Assembly: GCA_965261735.1 (NCBI GenBank)
Contig: OZ253470.1
Location: 4,250,980 to 4,314,979, forward strand
Length of the DNA stretch: 64,000 nt
Origin: Alphaproteobacteria bacterium
GTDB lineage: Bacteria > Pseudomonadota > Alphaproteobacteria > SHVV01
Reading direction: 5' to 3'
Shown here: positions 10,736-19,853 of the stretch, piece by piece
Position numbering within the stretch: position 1 is the first letter of the stretch
Layout: the number at the start of each line of letters is the position of its first letter
Notes under the pieces: generated by a model
Seen by the model: only the letters and a program-made list of their open reading frames with translations
Database searches by the model: none
What the model was told of the DNA's origin: nothing
Program-made: the position numbers and the translations under genes

Positions 10736-12729
10736 CTAAAGGTAGAAGACGTCGAGCTCGCCGTGCCGCCCGCGAATGGGGTGGCGCCCGGCTTCTTTGG
10801 CGACGATCGTGGCGCCCGCGGCTTGTGCGGTGGTGCCACTCAACAGGATGGTGACGGCGGAGCCGGTGCGCCCGACCTCCTTCGCCAGCTGCTCGAGGCG
10901 GTTGGCTGTATTCACGGTGTCGCCGACGATCGTGTAGTTGATGCGGCCCGGCGCACCGATATTACCGACGATCACCTCGCCGCTGTGCAGCCCGATCCGC
11001 ACCTCGACCGGCGGCGTCCTCAATGGGGTCGCGTCCGCGTTGTCGGCCTCGACGGCGGCGCGAATGGCGAGCGCCGCCCGGCACGCGCGCGCCGTGTGGT
11101 CGGGCTGGCTCTCGGGAGCGCCCCAGAACGCCATCACGGCATCGCCGATGAACTTGTCGATGGTCCCGCTCTCGTCCTCGATGCAGGAGCTGAGGACGGC
11201 GAAATGGTGGTTGAGGAAGGCGGCGGTCTCTCCGGCCGTCATGGCCTCCGACTGACTCGTGAATCCGGCGATGTCGGTGAAAATGACGGTTGCCTCGCGG
11301 GTGACCGATTCCTGGACCGCGGATTCGCCGTAGCGCACGAGTCGGCGCACCAGGTTGCGCGGCACGTAGGTCTCGAACCAGCGCAGGCCCGTGACCATGG
11401 AGTTGAAGGCCTGCGCCGAATCGGTGATCTCGGTGAAGAGGCTGATGGGGAGCCGCGGCACACGCGAGAGCGACAGGTCGCGCACCTGTTGCGCGGCGCC
11501 GGCCAGGCGGTTGAGGGGCGTGCTCAGGTAGCGCGCGAACGCGTAGGCCGCCACAAGCGCAGCAGTACGAGCAGGCCGGCGATCGCCGCCCATCGCAGGC
11601 GTAGGAGCTCATCGGTAATTCGCGCCGCGGGGAAGTAGACGCCGGCGAGCCACGGCGTATCACCGTAGGTGGTGAGGCGGCGCGACAGCACGGCGACACT
11701 GTTGCCGCCAACGTCGATGACGTTGAAACCGGTGCTGCCGGCGAGCCGCGCGACTCGGCCGACGGCGCGCTGGGGCTCGGTCAAAGCCTGGAGCACCGGG
11801 TCCGCCACTTCAGCCAGCGGCGGCATGGGCTGGGCGGCGGTCGTCGGAAAGGGGGTGTCCACGAGGCGCGGATGCGCCAGCACGAAGTTATCGTCGTAGA
11901 GCACGAAGGCAGACCCGTCGAGCCTGCTGGCGGTCTCGGCGAGCAATGCCGACAGCCGGTCGATGCGCACCGTGGCGGCGAGCAGGCCGAGGTAGCGGCC
12001 CCCGCGGTGTACGGCGTAGCGCGCGTTGATCAGCGTTACATCCGCGGGTTCGGGTTTGATGACCTCGGCCCAATAAAGACCGGCGCGCCCGCGTCCCTCC
12101 TCGAAACCGTCGCGGATCACCGACATCTTCGAAATATCCAGGACCTGGAGGTTGACCCCATCTTCTGTGCGCAGCGCGAACACCATCTTTAGATCGTCGC
12201 GGATGAAGACGACGGAGCGGACCTGCGGCGTCGCCGCCAGCGCCCCCGAGAGATACTTGCCGAGGTCGGCGTCGACGGTATGGTCGATGGCGCCACTCTC
12301 GATCTGCCGGCCGATGTGAGAGAGCTGTTCCTCGGCCGGCCGCAAGTGCTGGGCGATTCGCCCAACGATCAACTCGATCGTGGCGGCGGACTTGTCGCGC
12401 AACAGGTCGAGCGTGTTCTCTCTGGCGCTCCACATTCTGAGCGCGAGCACAGTGACGACGGCGAGGAGAACCAGACCGCCGAAGCCGAACACGAGGCCCA
12501 TCGTAATGTTGATCTGAAAGCGCGAAGGGACCGCCGGCGCGAGGTCGGTGGGCGGCTGCGTGTCTATTGTTTCCTGCGGCATCGGCAGTGGCTTCAATGA
12601 TGTCCTTCGGTGCGGAAGACTAAGGGAAATGCCCGTGCATTGCATGGAAATCGGTGCCGCGGATTGAGTTCGTTTCCAATGGCCCCACACGTCATGCGCT
12701 GGTACAACGGCATAGCGCTGTAAGCCCAA
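10736..12729 (-). CDS. Membrane sensor adenylate/guanylate cyclase (TM, periplasmic sensor domain, TM, HAMP, class III cyclase); 1-nt frameshift at about 11555-11565
   Basis: ORF 11524..12729 encodes TM1, a roughly 280-aa periplasmic domain and the start of TM2 (WAAIAGLLVLL). ORF 10736..11593 continues in another frame with ALVAAYAFARYLSTPLNRLAGAAQQV (HAMP) and the cyclase core (ATVIFTDIAGFTS...IDKFIGDAVMAFWGAP...GLHSGEVIVGNIG). I reconstructed the join by translating the sequence by hand. Confidence 0.65.
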
Positions 12730-12742
12730 GGAGGGAGCGGTC

Positions 12743-13465
12743 GTGCACGATGTGAGCCTGCCACGGGAGATCGTCGATGCGGTCGTCGCCGCACGCGGCC
12801 GGCGCTATGTTTACGAGGCTATAGACCCGCGCACCACGGCCTTGGTCGTCGTCGACATGCAGAATATGTTCGTCGCGGACGAGGCCCCCTTCGAGGTGCC
12901 GAGCGCGCGTGACATCGTCCCCAACATCAACCGCCTGGCCGCTGCCGTGCGCGGCGCCGGCGGTCAGGTCGTGTGGATTCAGGCGACGCAAGGGGCCGAA
13001 GGAAGTGGGCAGTTCTTCGCGCTGTATTTCGACAACTTCGTCCCTTCGGAGCGCCGTCGCGTCTGCCTCGATGCCGCGCGGGAAGGCAGCCCCCATCACG
13101 CGCTGTACGCGGGTCTCGACGTGGCGCCGGGCGACCGCCGGATCAAGAAGTCTCGCTTCAGCGCCTTTATTCAGGGCGCTTCGGACATCGAAAGGCACCT
13201 GCGCGAGGGCGGCATCGACACGCTTCTCATCGCCGGCACGGCGACCAACGTGTGTTGCGAATCGACGGCGCGCGACGCCATGATGTTGGGCTTCAAGATC
13301 ACCATGTTGTCGGACGCCACGGCCTCGCACAGCGATGCTGAGCACTTGGCCGGCCTGCTGACCATGTTTCGCTACTTCGGTGACGTGCGCACGACGGCGG
13401 AGGCAATCGCCCTGCTCGAAGCAGGTGAGGCAAAAGCGCCGGTGCTTGCGGCGGCTACGGCCTAG
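12743..13465 (+). CDS. Isochorismatase-family (cysteine) hydrolase
   Basis: ALVVVDMQNMF ... IAGTATNVCCESTARDA: isochorismatase-fold motifs including the catalytic Cys. Confidence 0.75.
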   Translation: MHDVSLPREIVDAVVAARGRRYVYEAIDPRTTALVVVDMQNMFVADEAPFEVPSARDIVPNINRLAAAVRGAGGQVVWIQATQGAEGSGQFFALYFDNFVPSERRRVCLDAAREGSPHHALYAGLDVAPGDRRIKKSRFSAFIQGASDIERHLREGGIDTLLIAGTATNVCCESTARDAMMLGFKITMLSDATASHSDAEHLAGLLTMFRYFGDVRTTAEAIALLEAGEAKAPVLAAATA

Positions 13466-13505
13466 CGGGGCCGAGGCGCTAGTCCGCGCCACGGGGAGCC
13501 GGCAT

Positions 13506-14495
13506 ATGGAACAGAGGCAATTGGGTCCCCTCGGATCGGTCAGCGCGCTGGCGCTGGGCGGTGGGGGCCTCGGGCAGGTGTGGGGCGCCACCACCCGCGA
13601 CGAGGCCGTGGCGACGGCGCGGGCCGCAGCCAATGCCGGCATCACGCTATTCGACCTCGCGCCGCTCTACGGCAACGGCGAGTCGGAGCGGGTCATCGGC
13701 GAGGCGTTCGCGGGACAGCTTCCGCCGGGCGTGCGCGTGGCCACCAAGGTCATGCTCGGGAACCCGCCCGCCGCCGGCGTCCATGACACTATCGTTCATT
13801 CGCTGAACGAGAGCCTGCGACTTCTCAAGCTCGATCGCGTAGCGCTCCTTCAACTCCACTCCAATCTTATCCCCGACGGCCTCGTGGTCGACGGCGACAC
13901 CGAGCGTCAGCACCGCATCATGACCCAAATGACGACGTACGCCCGCTATGCGCGACCGGTGTTGGAGCGGCTGCGCGAGCAGGGCCGTATCGACGCCTGG
14001 GGTATTTCCGGGATCGGCCGGCCCGATTGCATCATCGAGGCGATCGCCGACGACCCCCCGCCAGCCACGGTTCAGTGCATCGCAAACCTGCTCGATTCCC
14101 CGGGCGGGCTGTACCGATTCGATGAACCGCCGCGGCCGCGCGACATCATCGCGGCGGCCCACGCGCGCGGGGTCGGCGTGCTCGGCATCAGGGCGGTGCA
14201 GGCGGGCGCGCTTAGCGACGGTTTCGACCGCGACGTCCCCGACGATTACCCGGAGATGGCCGATTTCCGACGGGCCGCGCCGTTTCGCGCCGTGGCCGCC
14301 GAGGTTGGCGAGAATCCCGCCATTTTGGCGCACCGTTATGCGCTATCGATGGCGGGCGTCGGGAGCGTGGTGCTCGGCGTCAAGAACCGGTCCGAACTCG
14401 AGGACTGCCTCGCCGCCGAGGCGGCGGGACCGCTCGACGCAGGCGCCATGGCCAGAATCGACGCAGCCGTCGGCCCGGGCGATGAGAGGCCTTAG
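13506..14495 (+). CDS. Aldo/keto reductase
   Basis: ATG at 13506 with GGAG 8 nt upstream. AKR hallmarks: ITLFDLAPLYGNGESERVIGEAF, GISGIG. Confidence 0.8.
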   Translation: MEQRQLGPLGSVSALALGGGGLGQVWGATTRDEAVATARAAANAGITLFDLAPLYGNGESERVIGEAFAGQLPPGVRVATKVMLGNPPAAGVHDTIVHSLNESLRLLKLDRVALLQLHSNLIPDGLVVDGDTERQHRIMTQMTTYARYARPVLERLREQGRIDAWGISGIGRPDCIIEAIADDPPPATVQCIANLLDSPGGLYRFDEPPRPRDIIAAAHARGVGVLGIRAVQAGALSDGFDRDVPDDYPEMADFRRAAPFRAVAAEVGENPAILAHRYALSMAGVGSVVLGVKNRSELEDCLAAEAAGPLDAGAMARIDAAVGPGDERP

Positions 14496-14527
14496 GGACA
14501 GGGCGAGTAGAGCAGGGGACTATCGCG

Positions 14528-15151
14528 ATGTACTACGATGTCGAGCGCAACGATCACGGCCTGCCGCACGATCCCTTCAAGAGCTGCGTCGTTCCGCGCC
14601 CGGTCGGGTGGATCAGCACGCTGAGCCGCGCCGGCATCGCCAACCTCGCACCGTTCAGCTTTTTCAACGGGGCCGGGCTCAATCCGCCGCAGGTGATGTT
14701 CGCGTCGGCGCATCAGCACGTCGAAGGCGGCGCCACCGATACCCTGATCAACATCGAGGAGACCGGTGAGTTCGTCGTCAACATGGCGACGTGGGAACTA
14801 CGCGAGCAGATGAACGCGACCTCCAGGGAGGTTGAGCGATCGGTCGACGAGTTCGTGCTCGCGGGCCTCGAGAAAGTGCCGTCGGTTCAGGTCAAGCCGC
14901 CTCGCGTCAAGGCCGCGCCCATCCACCTCGAATGCACCTATATCCGCACCATCGACCTCCCCGCCAACGATCCCAAGCAGCCCAACCTGATGGTGATCGG
15001 CCGGGTCGTCGGCATTCACATCAGTGACGACGTGCTCACCGAGGGCATGATCGACATGAGCAAATTCAAGCCCATCGCCCGCCTCGGTTACCAGGACTAC
15101 TCCGTGGCCGATAATTTTTTCACCATGCCGTTTCCCTACACGCGTGCGTGA
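14528..15151 (+). CDS. Flavin reductase-like FMN-binding protein
   Basis: 207 aa with a split-barrel flavin reductase-like domain (VVPRPVGWISTLSRAGIANLAPFSFFNGAG). Confidence 0.7.
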   Translation: MYYDVERNDHGLPHDPFKSCVVPRPVGWISTLSRAGIANLAPFSFFNGAGLNPPQVMFASAHQHVEGGATDTLINIEETGEFVVNMATWELREQMNATSREVERSVDEFVLAGLEKVPSVQVKPPRVKAAPIHLECTYIRTIDLPANDPKQPNLMVIGRVVGIHISDDVLTEGMIDMSKFKPIARLGYQDYSVADNFFTMPFPYTRA

Positions 15152-15176
15152 GGCGGCCTAGACTCGGAGTCGCGCC

Positions 15177-15578
15177 ATGACCGACGAGAAACGCGGCCTC
15201 GGTTCGCTCCTGCGGCGCTTTACCGAGCCGCGCGGCGCCGGCCACGTCATGATCGAGGCAAAGGATCTCGAACAACGTGTGAGTCAGCGCGAGGACATCC
15301 TCATCATCGACGTGCGCGAAGCCGACGAGTTCGTCGGTCCATTCGGCCACATTCCGGGAGCCCGCCACATCGCGCTCGGGGACATACAGGGTCGGATCGA
15401 GCAGCTCAGCGGCGAAAAGGAGCGGCCGATTGCGCTGGTATGCCGGACCGACAAGCGCTCGGCATCGGCTGCCGCGCTCCTTGGGGCCGCGGGCTTCAAG
15501 CACGTCATGGTACTGCGCAACGGCATGGAGCAATGGAACAGAGAGCGCTTTGAGGTCGACAACAGCGCCCCCGGGTGA
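15177..15578 (+). CDS. Rhodanese-domain sulfurtransferase
   Basis: 133 aa; IIDVREADEF ... LVCRTDKRSASAA with the active-site Cys in the CRxxxR loop. Confidence 0.8.
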   Translation: MTDEKRGLGSLLRRFTEPRGAGHVMIEAKDLEQRVSQREDILIIDVREADEFVGPFGHIPGARHIALGDIQGRIEQLSGEKERPIALVCRTDKRSASAAALLGAAGFKHVMVLRNGMEQWNRERFEVDNSAPG

Positions 15579-15625
15579 CATGGGCAGCGGCGTTTCGCGG
15601 GCCATCACCAGCGAGGAGGAAGGTC

Positions 15626-15916
15626 CTTGCCTATCCGGTTTACACCCACACCCACTAGGGCTAGAATGGGCGCAACCCGGATATAGGGGAGCGCGCCATG
15701 GATGTTCTCGACCGCGCCGATCTCCCATTCCCGCATTCGCTACCCGAGTTCCAGCGACTTTTCCCCGATGATGCGGCCTGCGCCGCCTACCTGGAGAAAG
15801 CCCGCTGGGGAGACGGCTTTGCCTGCCCGCACTACGGCACGGCGGGAGAGCCGTTCCACTTTGAAAACCGCCCTGGCGTCCTGCGCTGCCGCAAGTGCCG
15901 CCAGAACACCGGGCTG
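15626..15916 (+). mobile_element. IS1595-family 'IS-A' copy 1: left end plus the first 70 codons of the transposase, 3'-truncated
   Basis: Begins with IS-A IRL CTTGCCTATCCGGTTTACACCC, followed 72 bp later by MDVLDRADLPF...CRKCRQNTGL. Homology to the intact copy (35820-36924) ends at 15916, just before an inserted IS3-family fragment. Confidence 0.7.
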
Positions 15917-15943
15917 TCTGACGTCAGCGCCTTTGGGACAAAT

Positions 15944-16245
15944 TGAGGTAATTGCATAACGGAGGATTTCTGGCTCATCGTAGTGACCGAAGGGAACGAA
16001 GATGAGACAGAAATCAATGAGCAAGAACGACCCGGCGGAGAGAGCTGTTCGGGATATTCGCCGCAAGACACGCAAGCAGTATTCGGCTGAGGAGAAGATC
16101 CGGATTGTGGTGTCGGGCCTGCGCGGCGAGGAGAGCATCGCCGCCTTGTGCCGCCGCGAGGGCATCGCCGAGGGTCTGTATTACAGCTGGTCGAAAGAGT
16201 TTTTGGAAGCGGGCAAGAAGCGGCTCGCCGGCGACACCGGCCGAA
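15944..16245 (+). mobile_element. IS3-family fragment (left IR plus truncated orfA)
   Basis: Starts TGAGGTAATTGC..., the TG-initiated IR typical of IS3. OrfA (MSKNDPAERAVRDIRRKTRKQYSAEEKIRIV...GKKRLAGDT) breaks off at about 16240; there is no orfB. Confidence 0.6.
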
Positions 16246-16403
16246 ATGTCCCGCACCAGACACTCAACCGTCTTGTCGGGGAGCACGAGGGCAGCCGGAG
16301 CGCCAATGTTCCAGCGCATGTAGACGCGCCGTTCGGCGGTGTGCCGCATCACGGTCGTGCGGCTGGTTATTTCATTCGGCATGGCCATGGACCATGGGCC
16401 CAA
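16245..16403 (-). pseudogene. Possible N-terminal fragment of a PilZ-domain protein, cut by the IS3 fragment
   Basis: Minus-strand MAMPNEITSRTTVMRHTAERRVYMRW...VECLVRDISAGVAGEPL carries the RxxxR...DxSxGG-like PilZ motifs, then runs antisense into IS3 sequence. Confidence 0.3.
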
Positions 16404-16595
16404 CGAGGGTCATTCGCGGCGCCTACCCTACGGCCCTTGTCTTAAGCTATTCCCAACGCCTCGAGCGGCCGACTAGAAGCCAAATCCCGGAGAGAGTGGC
16501 GCCGGGCGGGTAGGGCACAAATTTGTGGCGCCCACTACCTTCGGACGGCGTTAGACTCCAACACTGCCCACCACATGAAAGCGCGGGAGGAGAAC

Positions 16596-17255
16596 ATGGC
16601 ACTGCGAATCAATGACGAAGCGCCGGACTTCGTGGCCGAGACGACGGAAGGCACGATCAAGTTCCACGAGTGGATCGGCGATGGATGGGCGATCCTGTTT
16701 TCGCATCCGAAGGATTTCACGCCCGTGTGCACGACGGAGCTCGGCTACATGGCCGGCCTGAAGCCCGAGTTCGAGAAACGCAACTGCAAGATCCTCGGCC
16801 TCAGCGTCGATCCGGTGACCAACCACGCCGAGTGGTCGAAGGACATCGAGGAAACGCAAGGCCACGCCGTCAACTATCCGCTGATCGGCGATCCCGAGCT
16901 CAAGACCGCGAAGCTCTTCGACATGCTTCCGGCGGGCGCGGGGGACACGTCCGAGGGCAGGACGCCGGCCCATAACGCGACCGTGCGCTCGGTGTTCCTC
17001 ATCGGGCCCGACAAGAAGATCAAGGCCATGCTGACCTACCCGATGAGCACCGGCCGAAATTTCGACGAGGTCCTTCGGCTGCTCGATTCCTGCCAGCTGA
17101 CCGCCAAACACCAGGTCGCGACACCGGTCAACTGGAAGCAGGGCGACGACGTCATCATCGTGCCCACGGTATCGGACGAGCAGGCCAAGGAAAAATACCC
17201 GGGCGGCTGGAAGGCCCCGAAACCGTACCTGCGTATCGTGCCACAACCTAAGTAG
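16596..17255 (+). CDS. 1-Cys peroxiredoxin (Prx6-like)
   Basis: ATG at 16596 with GGGAGGAG upstream. HPKDFTPVCTTELG is the peroxidatic-Cys motif; 219 aa. Confidence 0.85.
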   Translation: MALRINDEAPDFVAETTEGTIKFHEWIGDGWAILFSHPKDFTPVCTTELGYMAGLKPEFEKRNCKILGLSVDPVTNHAEWSKDIEETQGHAVNYPLIGDPELKTAKLFDMLPAGAGDTSEGRTPAHNATVRSVFLIGPDKKIKAMLTYPMSTGRNFDEVLRLLDSCQLTAKHQVATPVNWKQGDDVIIVPTVSDEQAKEKYPGGWKAPKPYLRIVPQPK

Positions 17256-17281
17256 GGGCCGCGGCTTGCGGGGCAGGCCGC

Positions 17282-17306
17282 GCGGGCGGGTTTTCGAACC
17301 CGCCCC
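17282..17306. terminator. GC-rich stem-loop between convergent genes (GGGCGGGTT-TTCG-AACCCGCCC)
   Basis: Perfect 9-bp stem with a 4-nt loop, directly after the peroxiredoxin stop and before the convergent DUF1761 gene. No clear U-tract. Confidence 0.35.
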
Positions 17307-17314
17307 AGCCGTTG

Positions 17315-17749
17315 TTAGGCGCCCGGTGCGGCGCCCCAAGGCCACCAGCCGATGATGGCGCCCTTGACGACGAAGCTGATCAGGGTGTGCCCCGCAACGA
17401 TCACGTGGCTCGCCACGCTGCGCAATTCGAAGAGCAGCGTCAGGCTGACGGCCGGGGCGGCGAAACCGATCCACACCAAAAGCCCGACCAGGGCGCCGCC
17501 GCCCAGTGTTCCGGCATCGGCCCAACCGATCGTCGCCGCCAACAGGACGGCCATGAGGAGCTGGAAGATCGCCGCCAGGACGTACAGCACCGGCTGGTTG
17601 GCGGCGCGAACTTCCTCCTCGGTCTTGCCGGCGGCTTTCATCCAGGCGTTGCCGACGACACCCGGCATGAAGTACACGGCACCGATCACCATCCCGACGA
17701 CGGTGGCGACGACGACAGCGACGTAGTTGACGTCCCATTCGAGCGACAC
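17315..17749 (-). CDS. DUF1761-like small membrane protein
   Basis: 144 aa with 4 predicted TM helices; convergent with the peroxiredoxin gene. Confidence 0.5.
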   Translation of the reverse strand: MSLEWDVNYVAVVVATVVGMVIGAVYFMPGVVGNAWMKAAGKTEEEVRAANQPVLYVLAAIFQLLMAVLLAATIGWADAGTLGGGALVGLLVWIGFAAPAVSLTLLFELRSVASHVIVAGHTLISFVVKGAIIGWWPWGAAPGA

Positions 17750-18319
17750 GGCAGCCCCCCCCTTAGGCTAGCGACACGTGCATTCGGGGCCGGATTGTGC
17801 GCGGGAGTGCGCTGAGACTCAAGCAGTTAGGCGCTTTAGGCGTTTTCCGTCGCGCGCGCCTCGAATCCCGTCAGCTCGCAATAGTAGCGCCAGAATCCGC
17901 GCACCGGCACTTCGGTCAGGATCGTGTCCTGGTCCTCGATCGGCCCGGTGGCGCCCACCTCGACAACCGAGTACGCGTGGCTGCCGGCATGGGCCCTGCG
18001 CTGTGCGAGGACGCCGGCCTCGCCGTCCTCCAGCGACACGAGGCACGCAGAGGTCCGACGAATTGGACCTGGCGCATCCGCGCCGCCCGAGGCGGCCGCT
18101 CGACTGGGTTTTGCTTGATAATGAGTAGCGTTAACACGACATGACGAGTGGCGTTGACAGGACGCCCGGTCGCCGACATCCTGCGGCCGCCCGCAAGTCG
18201 CCGCCGACTTGCGGTCAGGAGCCGAACTTCGCGCGGTGTGGCTGTGCTTAAGGAATTCAACCGCCGCCATTCGGCACAAGGAGTGTGAATGAGGAGAGGA
18301 TCGCGCGCTGTTTGTCGGA

Positions 18320-19144
18320 TTGACGGCGCTGGCGCTCATGGCGGGTGCGGCGCCTGCTGCGGTCGAGGAGCCCCCGGCCCAGGACTGTGACTGGCTCGCA
18401 GCCGCGCCGAGCGACGGTTTCGGCCGCGGGGTCCCGTTCAGCGAACTCGACGGCGATCGCGCCGTTGCTGCGTGCCGGACGGCGGTGAGGGAGCACCCCG
18501 ACTCGCTGCGCCTCAAGGCCCATTTGGGGCGCGCGCTCATCAAGGTCAGCGAGTTCGACGAGGCCCGCACCGTCCTCACCAAGGCGGCGCGCGATGGGCA
18601 ACCAGGCGCGCAGGCCACCTTGGGCGCCATCTACTACTTTGCGATCGGAGTGGAGCGCGATTACGGGCGCGCACTCGACTGGTTCGAGAAGGCGGCCAAA
18701 CAGGGCAACGCGGTGGCCGAGACCAATCTTGGCGTCATGCATACCTTCGGCCCCGGTGTCCGATCGAACCCAGACCGCGCCGTCAGGTGGTTCACGAGCG
18801 CCGCCGAGAAGGGCCACCCCGATGCCCAGGCCAACCTTGGCAACATGTACGAGAAAGGCGAGGGGCTCGGCCGCGACTACGAGGAGGCCGCGCGCTGATA
18901 CAGCGCCTCGGCGCGGCAAGGCAATGCCAAGGGTCAAGTGAACCTCGCCCGTATGTACGAAGCCGGGACCGGCCTCGCGATCGACGAGGGCCGGGCGCTG
19001 TTCTGGTACGCGCTGGCGACGGAGTGGGGCGCGGGCGCGGTGCGCAATCTCGCGAGCGAAAGCGTCGACCGCCTAAAACGGTCGCTCGACGAAGACGAAG
19101 TGACGCGGATCTACGCGGAGGTCGCGGCCTGGAAGCCCGAGTAA
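18320..19144 (+). pseudogene. Secreted Sel1-repeat (TPR-like) protein interrupted by an in-frame TGA at 18896-18898
   Basis: ORFs 18320..18898 and 18938..19144 share one frame and form one continuous Sel1-repeat array (AQANLGNMYEKGEGLGRDYEEAAR*YSASARQGNAKGQVNLARMYEAGTG). The stop sits exactly where the conserved Trp (TGG) of the Sel1 motif is expected. Confidence 0.6.
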
Positions 19145-19205
19145 CCTCCATCATTCGGAGCCACACCCGGGTGCCCGGTAATACGCGTCGCCGCGGCGCG
19201 AGCCC

Positions 19206-19778
19206 TCATCTTTGTCGGATGGCTTTGATCCGAGCATCGAGGACGGCGGCCGCCGCTTCCCGTCCCGTGTCGCGCAGCAGGGCCGCGTAGCCGGACAGGA
19301 CGGTGGCGAGGCGCAGGTCGCGCTGGGCCGTCGTCTTTCCCAATATCGTGAGGGCGCGAATGTAGAGCATCTCGGCCTCGACGTGGCGGTCGCTGGCGCT
19401 GAGGAGATTCGCTATGTTGTTGAGGGTCGTAGCCACTCTCGGGTGGTTGTGCCCAAGCGTTCTTTCCTTGATGGTCAGTGCGCGCCTGTAGAGCTTTTCG
19501 GCCCGCGCGGGCTGGCCCAGCGCGTCACGAACGCGCGCCACGCTGTCGAGCACGGTGGCCGTGTTGGGATGCTCGGGGCCGAACTCGCGCTCGCTCAGCC
19601 GCAATGTGTATTCGGCGGCCGGCAGCCCGTTCCGGTAGTCGCGCTTGGCGTAGAGCGCCTCGGCCTGCGCATAGGCGGCCCTAAGCTGCGGCGATTGCGC
19701 TGGACTCGCGCCGGACCACAGAAGCACGCACGCCCACACTACCAGCCATCGGGTGTGTGTCGCACAGTTCCCAGCCAT
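19206..19778 (-). CDS. Tetratricopeptide-repeat protein with signal peptide
   Basis: Start MAGNCATHTRWLVVWACVLLWSGASPA, then TPR_10/12-type repeats (NNIANLLSASDRHVEAEMLYIRAL). The ORF's upstream extension to 19997 runs into the IS-B end. Confidence 0.6.
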   Translation of the reverse strand: MAGNCATHTRWLVVWACVLLWSGASPAQSPQLRAAYAQAEALYAKRDYRNGLPAAEYTLRLSEREFGPEHPNTATVLDSVARVRDALGQPARAEKLYRRALTIKERTLGHNHPRVATTLNNIANLLSASDRHVEAEMLYIRALTILGKTTAQRDLRLATVLSGYAALLRDTGREAAAAVLDARIKAIRQR

Positions 19779-19853
19779 CGCCCGAGCCGTGACCTCGGTA
19801 GCACCTAAATCGATTGCTCTGCCACGACACCTGCAGCCTAGCACAAAATACAA

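Noticed and set aside
15917-15943. Palindrome TGACGTCA (CRE-like) between the IS-A fragment and the IS3 fragment
   Set aside because: A single 8-bp palindrome in junction DNA between two IS scars has no supporting context.
17836-18630. 264-aa minus-strand ORF; its last ~70 aa (LVSLEDGEAGVLAQRRAHAGSHAYSVVEVGATGPIEDQDTILTEVPVRGFWRYYCELTGFEARATENA) look protein-like
   Set aside because: The N-terminal 190 aa is low-complexity and overlaps the Sel1 gene in antisense. The C-terminal piece has no start or RBS and no motif I recognise. It may be a gene remnant, but this cannot be supported.
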